A stretch of 64,000 nucleotides of DNA from positions 93,558,001-93,622,000 of the forward strand of contig NC_079165.1 of NCBI RefSeq assembly GCF_947568905.1. The letters are read 5' to 3'. Of this stretch, positions 1-13,836 are shown piece by piece. A program made the translations under genes and the position numbers. The DNA is from Ostrea edulis (taxonomy: Eukaryota). The first letter of the stretch is position 1; the number at the start of each line of letters is the position of its first letter. The notes below the pieces were generated by a model. That model was given only the letters and a program-made list of their open reading frames with translations. It had not been told where the DNA came from and did not search any database.

Positions 1-1201
1 GAGCCTTAATGGTCCTATGAGGATCAGACAATATCTTAGAAGTGGTGTGTGTTAATGGTGCAAAGTGAGCATCTTTAAAATTCAGAGAAATGAAAGTCCT
101 TTCAGTAAAAAACGATGTTAAATTATTCTGATTCTGGTCATAACCAATAGCCTTTGTGCCATGTTTCTAGTACTAGTATTTTATTAGTAACATATAATTA
201 TATAGTGTATTCAGAAAAGATTCAGAATCAAATCATAACATCTTATATATTGACCTTCGTTCTTGTATGATCATGACACATTTATATATTGTACGATCAT
301 AAGCAACCTAATCTTGCTAATGAAGTATGAGCTACACTCCAGCTCTTGTGCTTGATATTCAGGCAAGACATTTACAACATTTACAACATGATCCTTATAG
401 CCCTGCCCTGAAACCTGATTGCCTAACCAATGTACCACAGTGTTGATGCACACCTCCACTTCAATGTAACTAGGAGCATGAGCTTCGTTTCAAAGCAGAA
501 GATATAAACATTTAAAACATTTTCACAGTACAATCTACATGTAATATAGCCCTGTTATTGGGCCTCAGAACCTCTTAACTTTATTTAAAGCCACGAATTT
601 CACAATTTTAGTAAAGATTTTCATGCTCAGTATGACTATACAGTACACACCAAATTTTTAAACCAGATGCCCAGGACTCAGAAGTCAGATTTTTAAAATA
701 AAGTGAATCACCATAACACTATGATATGCTCTTCATATGTTTATTCATTATAAACAGATAAAAAAAAAGTGCATGACACAAAATCATGTCAAACTGGTGC
801 AAAGATTGCATCAATAACTTTGTTTTTTTGTCTGAGGTAAAATCAAGATTATTCCTAATTGTAATGTGTTGTGTGTATTATACTGCATATTGCAACTGAC
901 TTGTCAATATATATACCTCTTGAATTGTTAAAAAGAATACAGAAATATTCCAAAACTTATTTTCATTTTATTACATATGCATGTATACACATAATTTCTT
1001 TCACATGGTATATATTACTTATTTTGGGTTACAAGTACAAATAGATTATACTCATTAACCAATCTTTAAATTGGACACATCTGATGTAATTTAGCTCTTA
1101 TCAAAATGATCTTTAAATCTCTAGATGAACTCTGAAACACCATGGCTAACTTTCAAGTAACCCGAGATTCCTCTGACTCTTACACCCCCCCTTGAGGATC
1201 T

Positions 1202-1338
1202 TTTACTCATATGGAGATGTTAACTAATTTCAAGTGAGGGGCTCCAATATTTAGGCCTATGCTGAGCACTTATGGCCTTTGAGCAGGAGGGGTCTTTATC
1301 CTGCCACACCTGTTGTGACACGGGGCCTAAGTTTTTGC
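1202..1338 (-). mobile_element. SINE family B fragment (bivalve SINE body)
   Basis: Reverse complement matches the SINE copy at 10492-10756 (ttaggcctatgct...gcctttgagcag...gccacacctg..gtgaca). Confidence 0.75.
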
Positions 1339-1349
1339 AGCATCATCAT

Positions 1350-1490
1350 CAGTTTACTCTCAGAAGGTCGGTGGTCTCTTCCCAGGTACATTGTATCTGG
1401 GTTCTCTCTTCCCCCAATAAAAACTGGGCGCCACCAGATAACTGAAAAATTGTTGAGTGTGGCAGAATTAAAACATCAATCAATCAATCA
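1350..1490 (+). mobile_element. 3' half of tRNA-derived SINE family A
   Basis: Near-identical to 30021-30159 (ggtcggtggtctcttcccaggtacattgtatctggg...ttgttgagtgtggc) with a (caat)n tail. Confidence 0.85.
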
Positions 1491-1869
1491 TATTCTAACC
1501 TGGATACCAATGGGACTGTTCTGTGGTGTACTGCTTTTTAAGTCTTTGCAAATGTTGTACATGTAGTACAATACAGCATATATTTCTATCATTAATGTTA
1601 GAAACAAAATAATTATTCATATCAATTGTTATGTAGCTACATTTTATGAAAAAAATGTGTATTTCCAGAATTGAGCAAGGTTAATGCATTACTCTCTAAA
1701 TATATATGTAGGGATTACCTCCCTTAAAACATTGGGTCGTTTTATTTTTAATACCATTCTTAAAGTTTTAATTTGGTTTTAAGCTACAATTTACATTTCT
1801 ATACAAATGCACAAACTGACTATTACGTTTGTTGATTCTTAGGACTCATATCTACATGAGCCCAAAAAA

Positions 1870-2233
1870 GGTTATGCCATAGAGGCCATGTCATCTTATT
1901 TATAGACCACATTGACCTTGATTAAGGGCATCACACTTTTTTCTTAAGATGCATTAACTGACTAAGTTTGATGATTCTAGACCAAATAATTGTCCAGGTA
2001 TGAGTCGGCCAAGATTTGCCATATTTGGCCATATTGTCTTAATCAAAGGTCACAAAGACCTAACTTTAAAGTGCAACCCACCCTCTACCCAAGATGTATC
2101 AGCTGAAAAAGTTCAATGATTCTAGCTGGTCTCATAGTATCTAAGTTACTAACCAGACATGAAGTAGGACAGACAGGATCGCCATTGATACCATAAACGT
2201 TCTTGCATCTAAATTTAAGACAGGCGTATAAAA
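1870..2233 (+). mobile_element. Degraded Helentron-type non-autonomous element
   Basis: tgaccttga/aagtttgatgattctag repeat motifs and a gacaggcgtataaaa 3' end, like the end of 56757-57193. Confidence 0.4.
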
Positions 2234-4938
2234 CAACAACATTGTACTAATCAGTTTTGGAGATTTTAGTCCTTGGCATCCTTAATGGTCCCATATAGGG
2301 CATTTTTAAAGCATCAAAGACTTGAAGTCCTAAGACTGGAATATGCCAGTAAATGTTGTAATTCGACATTTGGATATCTTTCATTATTCTAATCACAGTA
2401 CATCAGAAATTGTGTGATTTCCTAATTTTTCCTAAGTTTAGATATATACATTATAATGTATGAGTGGCTGGTGAGTCTAAATATGATATACTGATTTAAA
2501 TATCCATGCACCAACAGAAATTTCTTGCCTATACTCTGCATGTATATTTATAATATCACCATCACACAACAAAATCACAATGATCAAGTCTATTCCACTT
2601 TGATTCACGGCACCACATGGGATTGTCATTTATTGATCCTTTACAAAAAGGAAAAACATATGCCACTGTAAATGGAAAACAGTCCTTTAGGCAAATTCAC
2701 TGACATTAAGAGAACATTTCCATTCAAAAATAAGAATTTTTCTCCTTTAAAGAATGGATTTCATCATAAATTGTCAGTGCAACAACTTTTGTAGGGCACA
2801 GTAGTGGTGAAGAATTGGGAAAATTAGTTCTCTGGTCTTTGGATTTTACAATTGTTTACTTACACCTTAATTGCTTCAGCTGCTAAATTAACTATCTGTC
2901 CATACCAGAGGATGAAGATGATGATATAACAAAGGATTTTAACTAATATAAGAAAGATAACTTCTGAGCATAACAGTGCATTTATTTTCTGACTGTCAAT
3001 ATCTAGCTTTAATACTGTCAATGTTTTCATTAACTACACAATTATCATAAAAGTTTTTGAGATCATTTAGATGTTTCTTGATCATCATCAGTAATGAAAA
3101 AATTGTAAATGATGACTGAAATAATTCAACCAACTGACTTCAGATCACATAAATATCATGATCCATCATTTTTTCATACAATTGTATGTAACTACAAGGC
3201 AGTTGCCAATAATTCAAGCAAAGTCTGCAAACCCAAATAAGAGTTATCAAATTCTTAGGTAATTGTAATGAATTAAAAAAAGAATTGATTGGATGAAATT
3301 AAAAACCCGAAAATTTCATCAAAATTGTCAAAGGTCACTGCTTTCTTGTTATTGGATGAAAGACACAAAGTCACAAGAAAGTAGTACGTAACATCGTGTA
3401 CTTAAAGTAAAATATGCAGTTCAATTTGGATCAGGTTAATGTTATTGTATGTTCTTCATCAGATTTTACTTGTAAAATTAAAATCATCTTCAAAATCTAG
3501 ATTTAACGAAAAAATACAAAATTATCTAGCACTGAAATTGTTATAGTGTTGTGTACATTGAACTTGTAATATTTTGCCAATCACAGGACTCAAACATTGA
3601 AATTTCCAGATACTTGAAAAACCTTCTGTGGTACCATGGTAGACAAGTATATGTGTATGTAAAAACAACAGATCACATAATGCCTGAACTACAAAGCTAA
3701 TGATCTAAGCTGAAGTAGTGAAGTGTAAATCGTATTCAGCACACTGAAGCCTTCCTATATTGATTTTATCCTAAGAAGCTGTCTTTACTACAGAACAAAG
3801 AATCTCTATGTGGTAACTCCTCTGTAAATATGCCAAGTACAGAGATAGACTATCACCAAAGAAGTGCCATAAATTATTGAAATCCCCCACAAACATCAGC
3901 ATCTTCTTTCACACTACCATTAAAATACAATACTACATGCTATCTACACCTCCCATCAAATGGAAATGTGCTTTATTTTGTTGATGATGCTGATCAATAC
4001 CATACTGACTTTTGTTGAGGTTGATATACAGAGTTTAATCAATCCAATAAACATAATATTAATGATGGAGGTGAAGCAAAGGTCAATAATTCCTTGTATT
4101 ACCCAAAACAAAAGCCCAGAATTCTTTTTATCATGTGGGGGACATTTACATTCCAAATTTCCAGACATACCCTGGTAATGATTTCAAGAAAACCTCACTA
4201 CATTTTAACTTTGTAAAGTTCTGCATGACATCACAATTCAAATAACAAAATGCTATAAACACAAGTTGTGCATTTTTTCTGCAATTTTTGCAACCTTCAT
4301 TTCCCATTTAACAAACCCAAAAAATATATAGGCTAGTCCATGTAAGGTAGGGATTACAAGCTTTAATTCATACAGTGCATACCTATAGCTTAGCAGCTAG
4401 GCTTGCCACTATGATCTTGACCACAACCCTGATTATAGGGATTTCTCCACATAAATTTCCTTGGTTACAGCCAATGAAATATCAGCAGTTTAACCAGTCA
4501 TATGATACTGTCCAGCATCACATTTTCCAAATTCAGTTCCATTTGATTTTTAAACATGGTGTCTCTAAAATATTCTAAGAAAGTATTATTTCAAAAATCA
4601 GAATACTGAATACTACTGGCGTTTATTGATTCAGTAATTACCATTTACTTGTGTGTCTCCCCCAACACACATTATTGATCTGAAGTGATCAAATGATTGA
4701 GTGACATTGCTCCCCTGACCAGTTACATCACTTGTGTAAAACCATTGGGACCCCATGCACCCTGCCCAGAGGTCATGGTTTGAAAAACTTGAATGTACAC
4801 TAAGAAAGGATGGGTTTTTTTAAAATCTAATTTTACATATATGTAATTATTATGTCCATGTAGCTCTAATTCAGAAGATTTAAGCTTAAAAATCAATGCT
4901 AAAATAAAAGTTTATTCCTCATCAAACTGACTGATATA

Positions 4939-5841
4939 TTAAGGTGGGTCCTTAGTCCTGGATTTTTCGGGTTTAGGTAGCATTTTTTTGTTTGGAATCA
5001 ATAAATTAACATTCAGAGATATGAGAAAAGGCAAAACAGTTAAGGATTTCCATACTAATTTTCATTGCATACACCACTAAAGTCATGTACCCCGATGTAG
5101 ATTTTTATGAAATTCATTGGAAACAGTTATTTGTTGTAATTTTAATATAAAAACAACAAAATATTTTTTGAATTGCATTTATTTATCGGGAAACATGTCA
5201 ATAACTAAAACACATGTCATTTTCAACATGTTCATCAAGTTTTACAATAATAAGTGCAGAATTATTGAATTAGCGTTATTCTCGAAAATGTTAAAAAACA
5301 AACAAATGTGGACGCATTTTCCTTATAGCATGGTTTACATATCATTTTTTCTGTTTATATTAGTAAAGTTACATCTGTTATAGTTATTTATGGGAAAAAA
5401 TCCATACCTTTCCTTAATAATTTCAAATCTATAGCTTCCAGAATATGTATACCCCCATAAAAAAAATGAAGTCTGGCACCATACAGCTGAGCTATTTAAA
5501 AATTACTCGGGATTAACATTTTATGTAATTTCATGAAAAGACACAGATAATGATTCCTTATCACGTTGGTAAAATGTTTGTCAAAAATAAAGGAAATCTA
5601 TCGCATTATGGACTTGATAAATAATCTAGTAAAAACAGAGTTATTGTCCTTGGATTCAATATTTTGAAACATATCATTGACTATTCAAATATAACTAAGA
5701 CTTTAAAAATATATTATGGCTAACAAGATTTTTTACAATAACTATATATTGAAAAAGATTCCAACAAAATTTATGTTCCTGACATTAAATCATTGACTTT
5801 GCAAAATCCTATGACGTCACAGGAGTGTGGAACTACGTTAA
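4939..5841. mobile_element. Non-autonomous DNA transposon with TTAA flanks (Kolobok-like)
   Basis: TTAA at 4939-4942 and 5838-5841 with imperfect TIRs just inside (ggtgggtcc / ggaactacg); AT-rich interior. Confidence 0.45.
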
Positions 5842-6759
5842 GCTCCCGTATTATGTTTTTTCACTCCCTTTTTCTTATGAAATATTGAATATCATAATTT
5901 TTTTCCCCAGATGTATATCACTGCATCTATTGCATGGTTTCATGTAGACGGGTTATCTTTATTATTAATAAAGAAAAAATAATGTAAACTGTAACATCTG
6001 CTAGGAAAAAATGATTTTGCCTACTTAACTTATGTAGAGCATGGAGAGGTCATCAACAAAAATCTTTTTGAAAGGTGTCATGATGATTTTTTTTATTTAC
6101 TCCTTTTAGTTGCTATATCAGAATCCATTAATCAAACTGATCAGCTGTAAAGGATTTCCAAACTCTGAGGACCTATTTACCTTCATTTAGTATGGTTGAG
6201 GTGGAAGTTGTGCATGTCACGTACATTTGAAAAAAAAAAAAAAATGCTATATTTTACGAAATATAAACAATTAATGTACAACTTGTATGAAATATAGGTG
6301 TATATTTTTTAGTCCCATGAAACCAGTTGCCATAGTTGCAGTGAATCACATATTGCCTTTATCAACTGATGACTCAATGATTATGGAAGAAACACCAGTC
6401 ACTCTGTTTTGCCATTGTGTGCACTCACCCGACACTTGATGCTTTTTAAAGTCCCTACGATGACTCAGCCTCAGTTCTAGATTAGCCCAGTAACTGTGCA
6501 AACTTCAGCAAAAATCCACATAATCTGAAGCATGATGTATAACTTTTCATAGAATTGAATCAACTCCTATTTCTGTAAAATCAAACTTTTCATTCTATGT
6601 GGATTATGGACAGATTGACAAGCTTAAATCAAGACAGCTAATAGCAAGAGAACTAACTTTAAGTCAGCTAACTTAAAGTCCGAGCTTATAAGACAGAATC
6701 CACTATCATAATAATGGCCAACTTAATAAAAATTCCTTTTAACCTAGTGGTTAGTGCAT

Positions 6760-7350
6760 TTGCTTCGCATTCTGGTTTGCCTGGCTCTTGATCAACTTAG
6801 GATGTTTAATCAGTAGATATGATTCAAGCGAGATTCGTCAAGGCTGGATATTTGGACTGAAATCCCTTCTTTGGAATATCCAACCATGACGAATCTCACT
6901 GAGACTATGGTAGATACCGTTCCTTCGCCAAACACACTGCATTAGAAATATAATCTAAGGGTCTGTCAGCTATGACCTTAAAAATGAAAGTCCAATGTCA
7001 CGGTATGTGTTGGTACAATCAAAAACCATTTCTACTTCGGCCCTGAGGGCTACGCATTGGTCAGAATTTTTAGCACTTATCTCTACTTCTGCCCCTGAGG
7101 GCCACGCATTGGTCAGAATTTGTAGCAATTATCTCTACTTCGGCCCCTGAGTGCCACGCATTGGTCAGAATTTGTAGCACTTATCTCTACTTCGGCCCCC
7201 GAGTGCCACACATTGGTCAGAATTTGTAGTACTTATCTCTACTTCGGCCTCTGAGTGCCACGCATTGGTCAGAATTTGTAGCACTCCAAGTAAAAGCTGG
7301 TGACGTCTCTACATGAGGGGAAAAAATTTTGAATGGGATATAAAACAACA
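6760..7350 (+). mobile_element. SINE-like element with internal tandem amplification
   Basis: Body shares atgacctta..tgtcacgg..ggtgacgtct..atgag..aaaatt..taaaacaa motifs with other SINE copies in the window. Confidence 0.55.
7031..7285 (+). repeat. 52-bp tandem repeat, 5 copies
   Basis: tctacttc recurs at 7031, 7082, 7134, 7186, 7238. Confidence 0.95.
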
Positions 7351-8945
7351 TGTACATGTATACAAACATAACTTTTCACGGAATTCAATCAACTCTCATT
7401 TCAGTATAATCTGACAAATGTTTCATTCCATATGGGCATATACTGCTCTGTGAGTCTGATCTATAAATTAGAACTCTACATCATAATAATGACCAACTTT
7501 CCTTTTGCAGCACAAATGCATGAAAAATATATTCATTGGTAGCTTAATTGGATTAAGGCACAAGGCTCTTCTAACCTATCATCATGAGTATGAGTCCCAC
7601 AGAGCTTTATAAAGAAATTCAATTTCCTTTCACTGCAATTTCCCCCCTAAATATGAGTATTAAGATAAATTTCAAAATTTCGAATTATCATAGATATCTT
7701 ATACTTTTCATCCATAACATTTTTCTTAAGGGTGCAAAGTGTTTTATATTTCCTTAACAAAACCTGTGTGACTGACATGTAATATGACCCCCTCTTGTCA
7801 TTTCACAATCCAACACAATCTCCATCCCTTCAAATAATGGACTTTGTTATAAATTCAAAGTGCTAAGTGTTAAATTGTCATGTATATGCTCTTCAAAATT
7901 GTCAATACCAAATTTAGGTCAGACTGTCTTTAGGTCATCATAACATATATTTCATTAACAAATGAATCCCTCGTAGACTAAAATACCATATTCATGAATT
8001 GGCACCTGACCTGAAAATCTCATTCTTAAACATGAAACATGGATTAGAGACTGAGCAAAGCATATTCCAAGTGTGATAAAGAATGCGGATAAGTAGGATC
8101 ATTATCATCAGATAGGCGGACCACCTGCATTTGAAATTATCCTCCTCAAAGAAATTTCCCTGATCTGATTATAAGGAAAGATAAGATGGAATATGAGGAA
8201 TCATCATACAGTGAAACCTACAAAGGTAATTGTCTTATTATGATGATGCAAATACCACTGATTTGCTAACAAGAATATCTCCAAACATATCCACCATACC
8301 ATGGTGTCAGAAAATTGATGAGTGTAAACATTTATACATGGAATGTCATATGGACTTTTGGTACACATCCAACACTATATACGACATGCATATATACACA
8401 TGTAAAACATATGTATCAGACATATTCAAAACAATGACAGTTTCAAAATGTTACACTACTTCATCTGCATAATCAATGTTTAATCAATTTGGCATGGGAA
8501 TGTTCATGTAAATTCTTGTACAAAGAATCACAGCCAAAGCAAATCAATACTATATAAACAAGAATGAACACATATTCCATGTATACACTAGTACAAGTAA
8601 TACCATATCATACAACAGTGTAAGATATCAGACTAAGAGACCATTACATGCAAGTTGAACATGACAACTATGATAAAGTTACAGTATCAATTTATGAAAA
8701 TTAAAATAATAATATATACAGAGAAATTTACATAATTGCCAAGAACAACATTACGCAAGTCTTCTTTAAAACTTCCACTGCGCAATTTAGCCACTTCAGA
8801 AATCTATGTCGGGTTTCTGTAATATTTTTGCACCATTTCAAATTGGTCCAGTGTCATAGGAGGGCAATGATTGAAGAACTAATTTATATATATAATATAA
8901 TATATATATATATATAAAGCACTAAATAATCACAACTTAGGTACT

Positions 8946-9019
8946 GAAAATTTTCGCCCCAGCCCGGGGTCGAACCAGCGACACCCACCGCCTAGTAAGA
9001 CTGTCAAACCAGTGCGGAA
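8946..9019 (-). mobile_element. tRNA-related SINE head, truncated by assembly gap
   Basis: Reverse strand contains a B-box (ggttcgacccc); the A-box would fall in the N gap. Confidence 0.45.
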
Positions 9020-9179
9020 NNNNNNNNNNNNNNNNNNNNNNNNNNNNNNNNNNNNNNNNNNNNNNNNNNNNNNNNNNNNNNNNNNNNNNNNNNNNNNNNN
9101 NNNNNNNNNNNNNNNNNNNNNNNNNNNNNNNNNNNNNNNNNNNNNNNNNNNNNNNNNNNNNNNNNNNNNNNNNNNNNNN
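9020..9179. other. Assembly gap (160 N)
   Basis: Run of N. Confidence 1.
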
Positions 9180-10491
9180 TTAGCAATATACACATTAACT
9201 TTTTAAATATAACTTGAATGTTTAAGTACAACTTATTCTCAAGAGAATGATGGAAGCATGCTATTTATTCTTATCATCTTCATGACCTTGAACTTGAGTT
9301 ATATCCTTGTCTTCCCCATGCTAGGAATGTATTCATCAAAATTAATTACTGTAATACTGCATTATCTGATGTCATTTATATCTAGAAACAAAACTTTTAT
9401 AATGTTGAAGTGCCTTAGACTTTGTCAATGAAAATGAAAAAAGAAATTCTCTCCCAAGTTATCACCTCCCCATATTACAATCTGCTATAAATCTGCTCAC
9501 CCTCCACAAAGAAACAATGAGTAAATATGAAAAATATGTCCATGCATCTGTGATCCATGAAGATCTAACAATGCATATTTAATAGTTTTCCCCTCATCCA
9601 ACCATTTTGCATTCCTAAAATCCATTGACAGTTTATTACAGAAACATATGAATACATCAGGACTGTAGTTCATCATTTCATTATCTACTTGTGATTGTGT
9701 AATTCTCCTGTAGGCACACAGCTTCTTTCTGCTCAAATGCATTTGTACAAAAACATCACAATTACAACATCATGAACATCTGTAGTTGTGGAATATTGGG
9801 TTACAGATGTTGGGCTGTAGTTACTGGAGTCAACACATATCTAAATCTCTGGAAAATCAGCACCTAATCAGCAATACTGTGAGACACACCCTTCTAATTC
9901 CACTTTCCTAATTCTAATCAAAATGAGAATATCATATTGGCTATTAAAACACTTATAAAATGATAAAATCTCTGATTATATATCAAATATGTTATTTAAT
10001 CAAAGCTTAACCACCAGGTAGTAAATTTACACTATATAATACAGCATACACGTACAAATTTGCACATCTTTTGACTCCTATAAGTATGTTTAAGTTTTCA
10101 GGTCATCATTGTTATGTTCATGCATTTCATTTATCATGTTCCATGCAGATATATAGCGTATACTTGAAAAACTTCATATTAGTACGTACTGTAATGCATT
10201 ACATGTACTACATGACTATGCACACAGAAATCACAGAATGATTTTGTTCAACTTAGCTTTTGGCAGCATTTATATTTATGAACAATTTCAACCCTAGTGC
10301 GAATATCATTCAGCAAAATATGTAAGTCAATCGAAATATCAACATGATCAAAGTTCTTTATCAAATTACGAAATTGTCTATTTTAAGTTAAAGATTTGTT
10401 TACATTTCTTTTCAAAAATTCTTTTAAAAAGCATGAATGATATATAACAATCTTGATAGAGACATCTATTCTATAGTTCTACCAATCTCAT

Positions 10492-10756
10492 CCCATGGGA
10501 ATCCAGGTTAGACTATGTCCTAAGTAGCCCTTGCTCGTCGTAAGAGGTGACAAAATGGGATGGTCCTTCAGATGACACCGCAAAAACCAAGGTCACATGT
10601 CACAGCAGGTGTGGCACAACAAAATCCCTCCCTGCTCAAAGGCTGTAAGCGCTGAGCATAGGCCTAAATTTTACAGCCGTTCTGCCGGCAATGGCGACGA
10701 GACATAAGTGAAAATTTTTCGAGAGGGGCATTAAACAATATACAACCAACCAACCA
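10492..10756 (+). mobile_element. SINE family B (body with gtcgtaagaggtgac core, resembling MetaSINE-type central domain)
   Basis: Homologous to 1202-1338, 21419-21504 and 37222-37450; (caac)n tail. The superfamily name is from memory, not a search. Confidence 0.75.
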
Positions 10757-11142
10757 ATTTCAAATACATGTAGTTACTTTCAAAGACACTCTGTCATAAA
10801 ATGGTTAATTTATTTCAATGTATTCAATTAAAGTGCTGGTTAGAAATATAAAGGAATCTAAATGCATAAGCCAAATTAGCAAATGTAGTAATCTTTTATT
10901 TCCTGGCAATTCACCATCAGTTCAAACTTTCATTTGAAGGACCGATCTAGTCATTGCAAATGCAAAATTTGTCATGTCTCTGTCAGCACAGGGCCGAATG
11001 ACCATGCACACCATAATGGTTTCAAACACCGATTGTCAGACATTGCACCATATTGGATCTGTATCTGCATCATTTGAAAATTGTCAGTCATGATATAAAA
11101 AGAAGCAAGCCCACTGCGATATGGCTATACAAAGCAATACAA

Positions 11143-12050
11143 GAGGTCCATGGGCTACAATGCTCCCCTGAGTAACTTTGAACCTGCTGCTCTAGCTTCT
11201 TCAGAAGATTTATTTAAACATGCTTAAGAGTTTATATTCTATAATCCCATGACAAATTTTGACCTCATTATCATGAACCCAACCTACCCTGATGGGATTA
11301 TGATTTCACCAAACTTGAATCCAAACTACATGGGGATGCTTCAATATCAATGTGACTTACATGACCTTGCTTCAATATCAATGTGACTTACATGACCTTG
11401 CTGTTCTGCCGAAGATCACCCCTCTATATTCGTGTATCATGTAAAATTTCATCCTCAATTTTAGCGCCACCCTAACCATGCAAAGGTCCAAGAAAAAAAT
11501 TGAATTCGCACAAATTCGGAACATTCGCATACTGACATGACTATACAGCATGGCAATTCTATTCTTGAAAAGATTTTGTCAGATTTGCTATATATCCTAA
11601 TGCCCATTAAGCTTAATCCTTATTCAAATTTGATTGAATCTGCACTAAATTGGTGATTTGCTGTTCTAAATAAGATACTTAAAAGTTTTTTCCATATACT
11701 CTCTTGTAAAACTTTGATCCCTGTTTTGGCTCCACCCTATCCCTGGGGCCATGATTCAAACAAATCTGAATTTCCACTAAATGAGGATGCTTCAAATAAG
11801 TATCATCTTTTTTGGCCCAGTGGTTCTTGAGAAGATTTTAAATGACCCCGCCAAATTTTCACTATTTCTTAAAAGAAAGTGTGCTTTTTATTTGAATAAA
11901 ATTGAATCCCCTACATTAAAAGGACACTCTGTGGGAAGTTTGGTTGAAATTGGCCCATTTCTTTTGGAGAAAAAGTTGATACAGTTAAAAGTTTATAGAC
12001 GGACACTGGACAAAATGTGAAGAGAAAAGGTGAAATAAAAATCACTACAG
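11143..12050 (+). mobile_element. Helentron-type non-autonomous element with degraded satellite-like repeats
   Basis: 5' acaagagg.ccatgggc..caatgctc.cctgag head, internal aaactttgatccc/aaacttgaatc repeats, gacggac..tgtga..agaaaa tail, as in 58676-60080. Confidence 0.7.
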
Positions 12051-12591
12051 TACTTGTCTCTTTTGAAATTATACATTAATGTTCTTAAAATTTTCACTAT
12101 ACCTTCCATTCCTACAACAAAATGTTTTCCCCTTCATAATACAAAATGATATTTTCAATATTTCTGTCTATTACTATTTAAACACTATACCAATACTGGT
12201 GATGTGATGAGGTCTACTAATGCAGTGTTCAAGCCACCTGCCAAATGTAATGTCCTTAACCTTGAGGAGTAAACTCATTTTGAAAGGATATGGAAAGCTC
12301 TGATCCTTTGAAGTGTTTGTTACAAAACAGAAGAGAAAATTGCACCCACATTCTACAAACACCAATTTGATCAGCTTCATGCAATGTCTATCTCTTAACA
12401 AGATGAAAGATTTTCCTATCTTAACCAAACCTAAACTATCACCAGGAAAAATGTTCATGACATGCAGCCAGACGCATAACATACCAATCTTTTGCAAGAT
12501 ATTCCTTCAAGTGTTTCATTTTCAAGGCCCGATAAATTTTGCAACATTTATTTTCTATCTTTATTTTTAAACAAACCTATAACCTAGTTAC

Positions 12592-12965
12592 AAAAAGAGG
12601 CCCATGAGCCACAATGCTCACCTAAGTCATCTTGGTCCTGGTGTTCAGAAGATTTTTAAAATTTACATTATATTCTCTTTCTGTCCCATTCCCATGAATA
12701 ATTTTGACCCCATAATATGACCCCATCCTTGTCCCACTGGACCATGACTGAATTAAACTTTGATTCACACAACATTGAGCCCCATCAAAATCTGTTATTC
12801 CACAGTGTATGCCTATATGTACAACTTAAATCCCCTTTCATAGCCCCATCCTACCTCTAGGGGCCATGATTTGCATAGACTTGAAACTTCACTGTATCAG
12901 GAAGCTATCACATAAATTTCATTTTTTCTAGCCCAGTGGTTAAATGACCCCACCTTATTTTTTGC
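12592..12965 (+). mobile_element. Partial Helentron-type non-autonomous element
   Basis: aagaggcccatgagccacaatgctcacct head and degraded repeat units. Confidence 0.6.
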
Positions 12966-13070
12966 CTTTTCTTGATTACAGTGGAGCCTCTTTTAAAAGT
13001 TTAAATCTCCAGTAAAATCATCCAGACTGGATATCTGCAGAATTGCCTAGATTTCCACTACATCCATGTA

Positions 13071-13836
13071 CAGGGTTCCAACTTCGACTGAATACCTTAG
13101 GGGCCAAGTGGGCCCCTGAATAAGAAATTCTGTTAGCCCACATGAAATTTCAGTAGCCCACACATATCATGAAATTGAATAACATGGGTTGGGGTTTTTT
13201 TACAAGAAAAAAGAAACATCAGGTCAAATTGCAATTTATTAAAAAAATTAAAATATCAATATTTAAATTCTGTTTCCTTCTCCGTAATTCTTTCAAATAC
13301 CTCTCTCATTTCCACTCTCATTTCGTCAACCTAGCAACTTTATGATCTTCGCGGCGTCTGACTTTAACACACGTTTCTTCAGACTTTTTATGTTATTTCA
13401 AAATTTCTCAGCTTTATGATGCTGTCAAGTTTATAACTTGGGCAAGCTGTCACAACGACTGGACCTTTCGTGTCATGTTTTGTACACAAAGCACGTCATC
13501 CCCTTTTTGCCGTCGAGCCATATTCTCCCCTTCTTTCCACTTTGGTTAAAAGCAGACACTTTCTTTTCGTTTGAAGTAACCCTTGCGTTGTTCAACTTCT
13601 GGTTTAAATACATTTTGGAAGGTTTGATACCCCAGGAATCATGAATGTCTCGCCAAGTGGCAAAACCTCAACCGGAAATTGAACTTCAATTATAATAGGA
13701 CTCGGATCGGTTGGAAAGAAAAATGTTGATTGGACAGTTACGGTCGCCAATTGGGCGACGAGAACGAAAATTTTGGGTGCCCACAAGCAAAGTTTAGTCA
13801 CCAATGCGAGTGGGCGAGCGGTAATTTGGAACCCTG
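13071..13836 (-). mobile_element. hAT-like internally deleted DNA transposon
   Basis: TIR cagggttcca (13071-13080) / tggaaccctg (13827-13836). The interior retains CpGs and, on the - strand, a frameshifted relic (RIWL..GMTCFV..VVTACPSYKLDSIIK) resembling the TTF-type zinc finger of ZNF862-like hAT transposases. Confidence 0.6.

Noticed and set aside
8800-8880. Possible terminal exon FFNHCPPMTLDQFEMVQKYYRNPT* on the - strand
   Set aside because: The acceptor lies in a TA microsatellite without a pyrimidine tract, and the phase does not match the nearest candidate donor at 9500.
8930-9231. ORFs spanning the N gaps (also 49361-49642)
   Set aside because: Artefacts of translating N runs.
9497-9790. 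TGA within a Cys-rich stretch (CS*CCNC) upstream of ORF 9497-9742, as a possible selenocysteine
   Set aside because: A TAA lies shortly upstream in the same frame, no SECIS was seen, and there is no recognisable selenoprotein motif.
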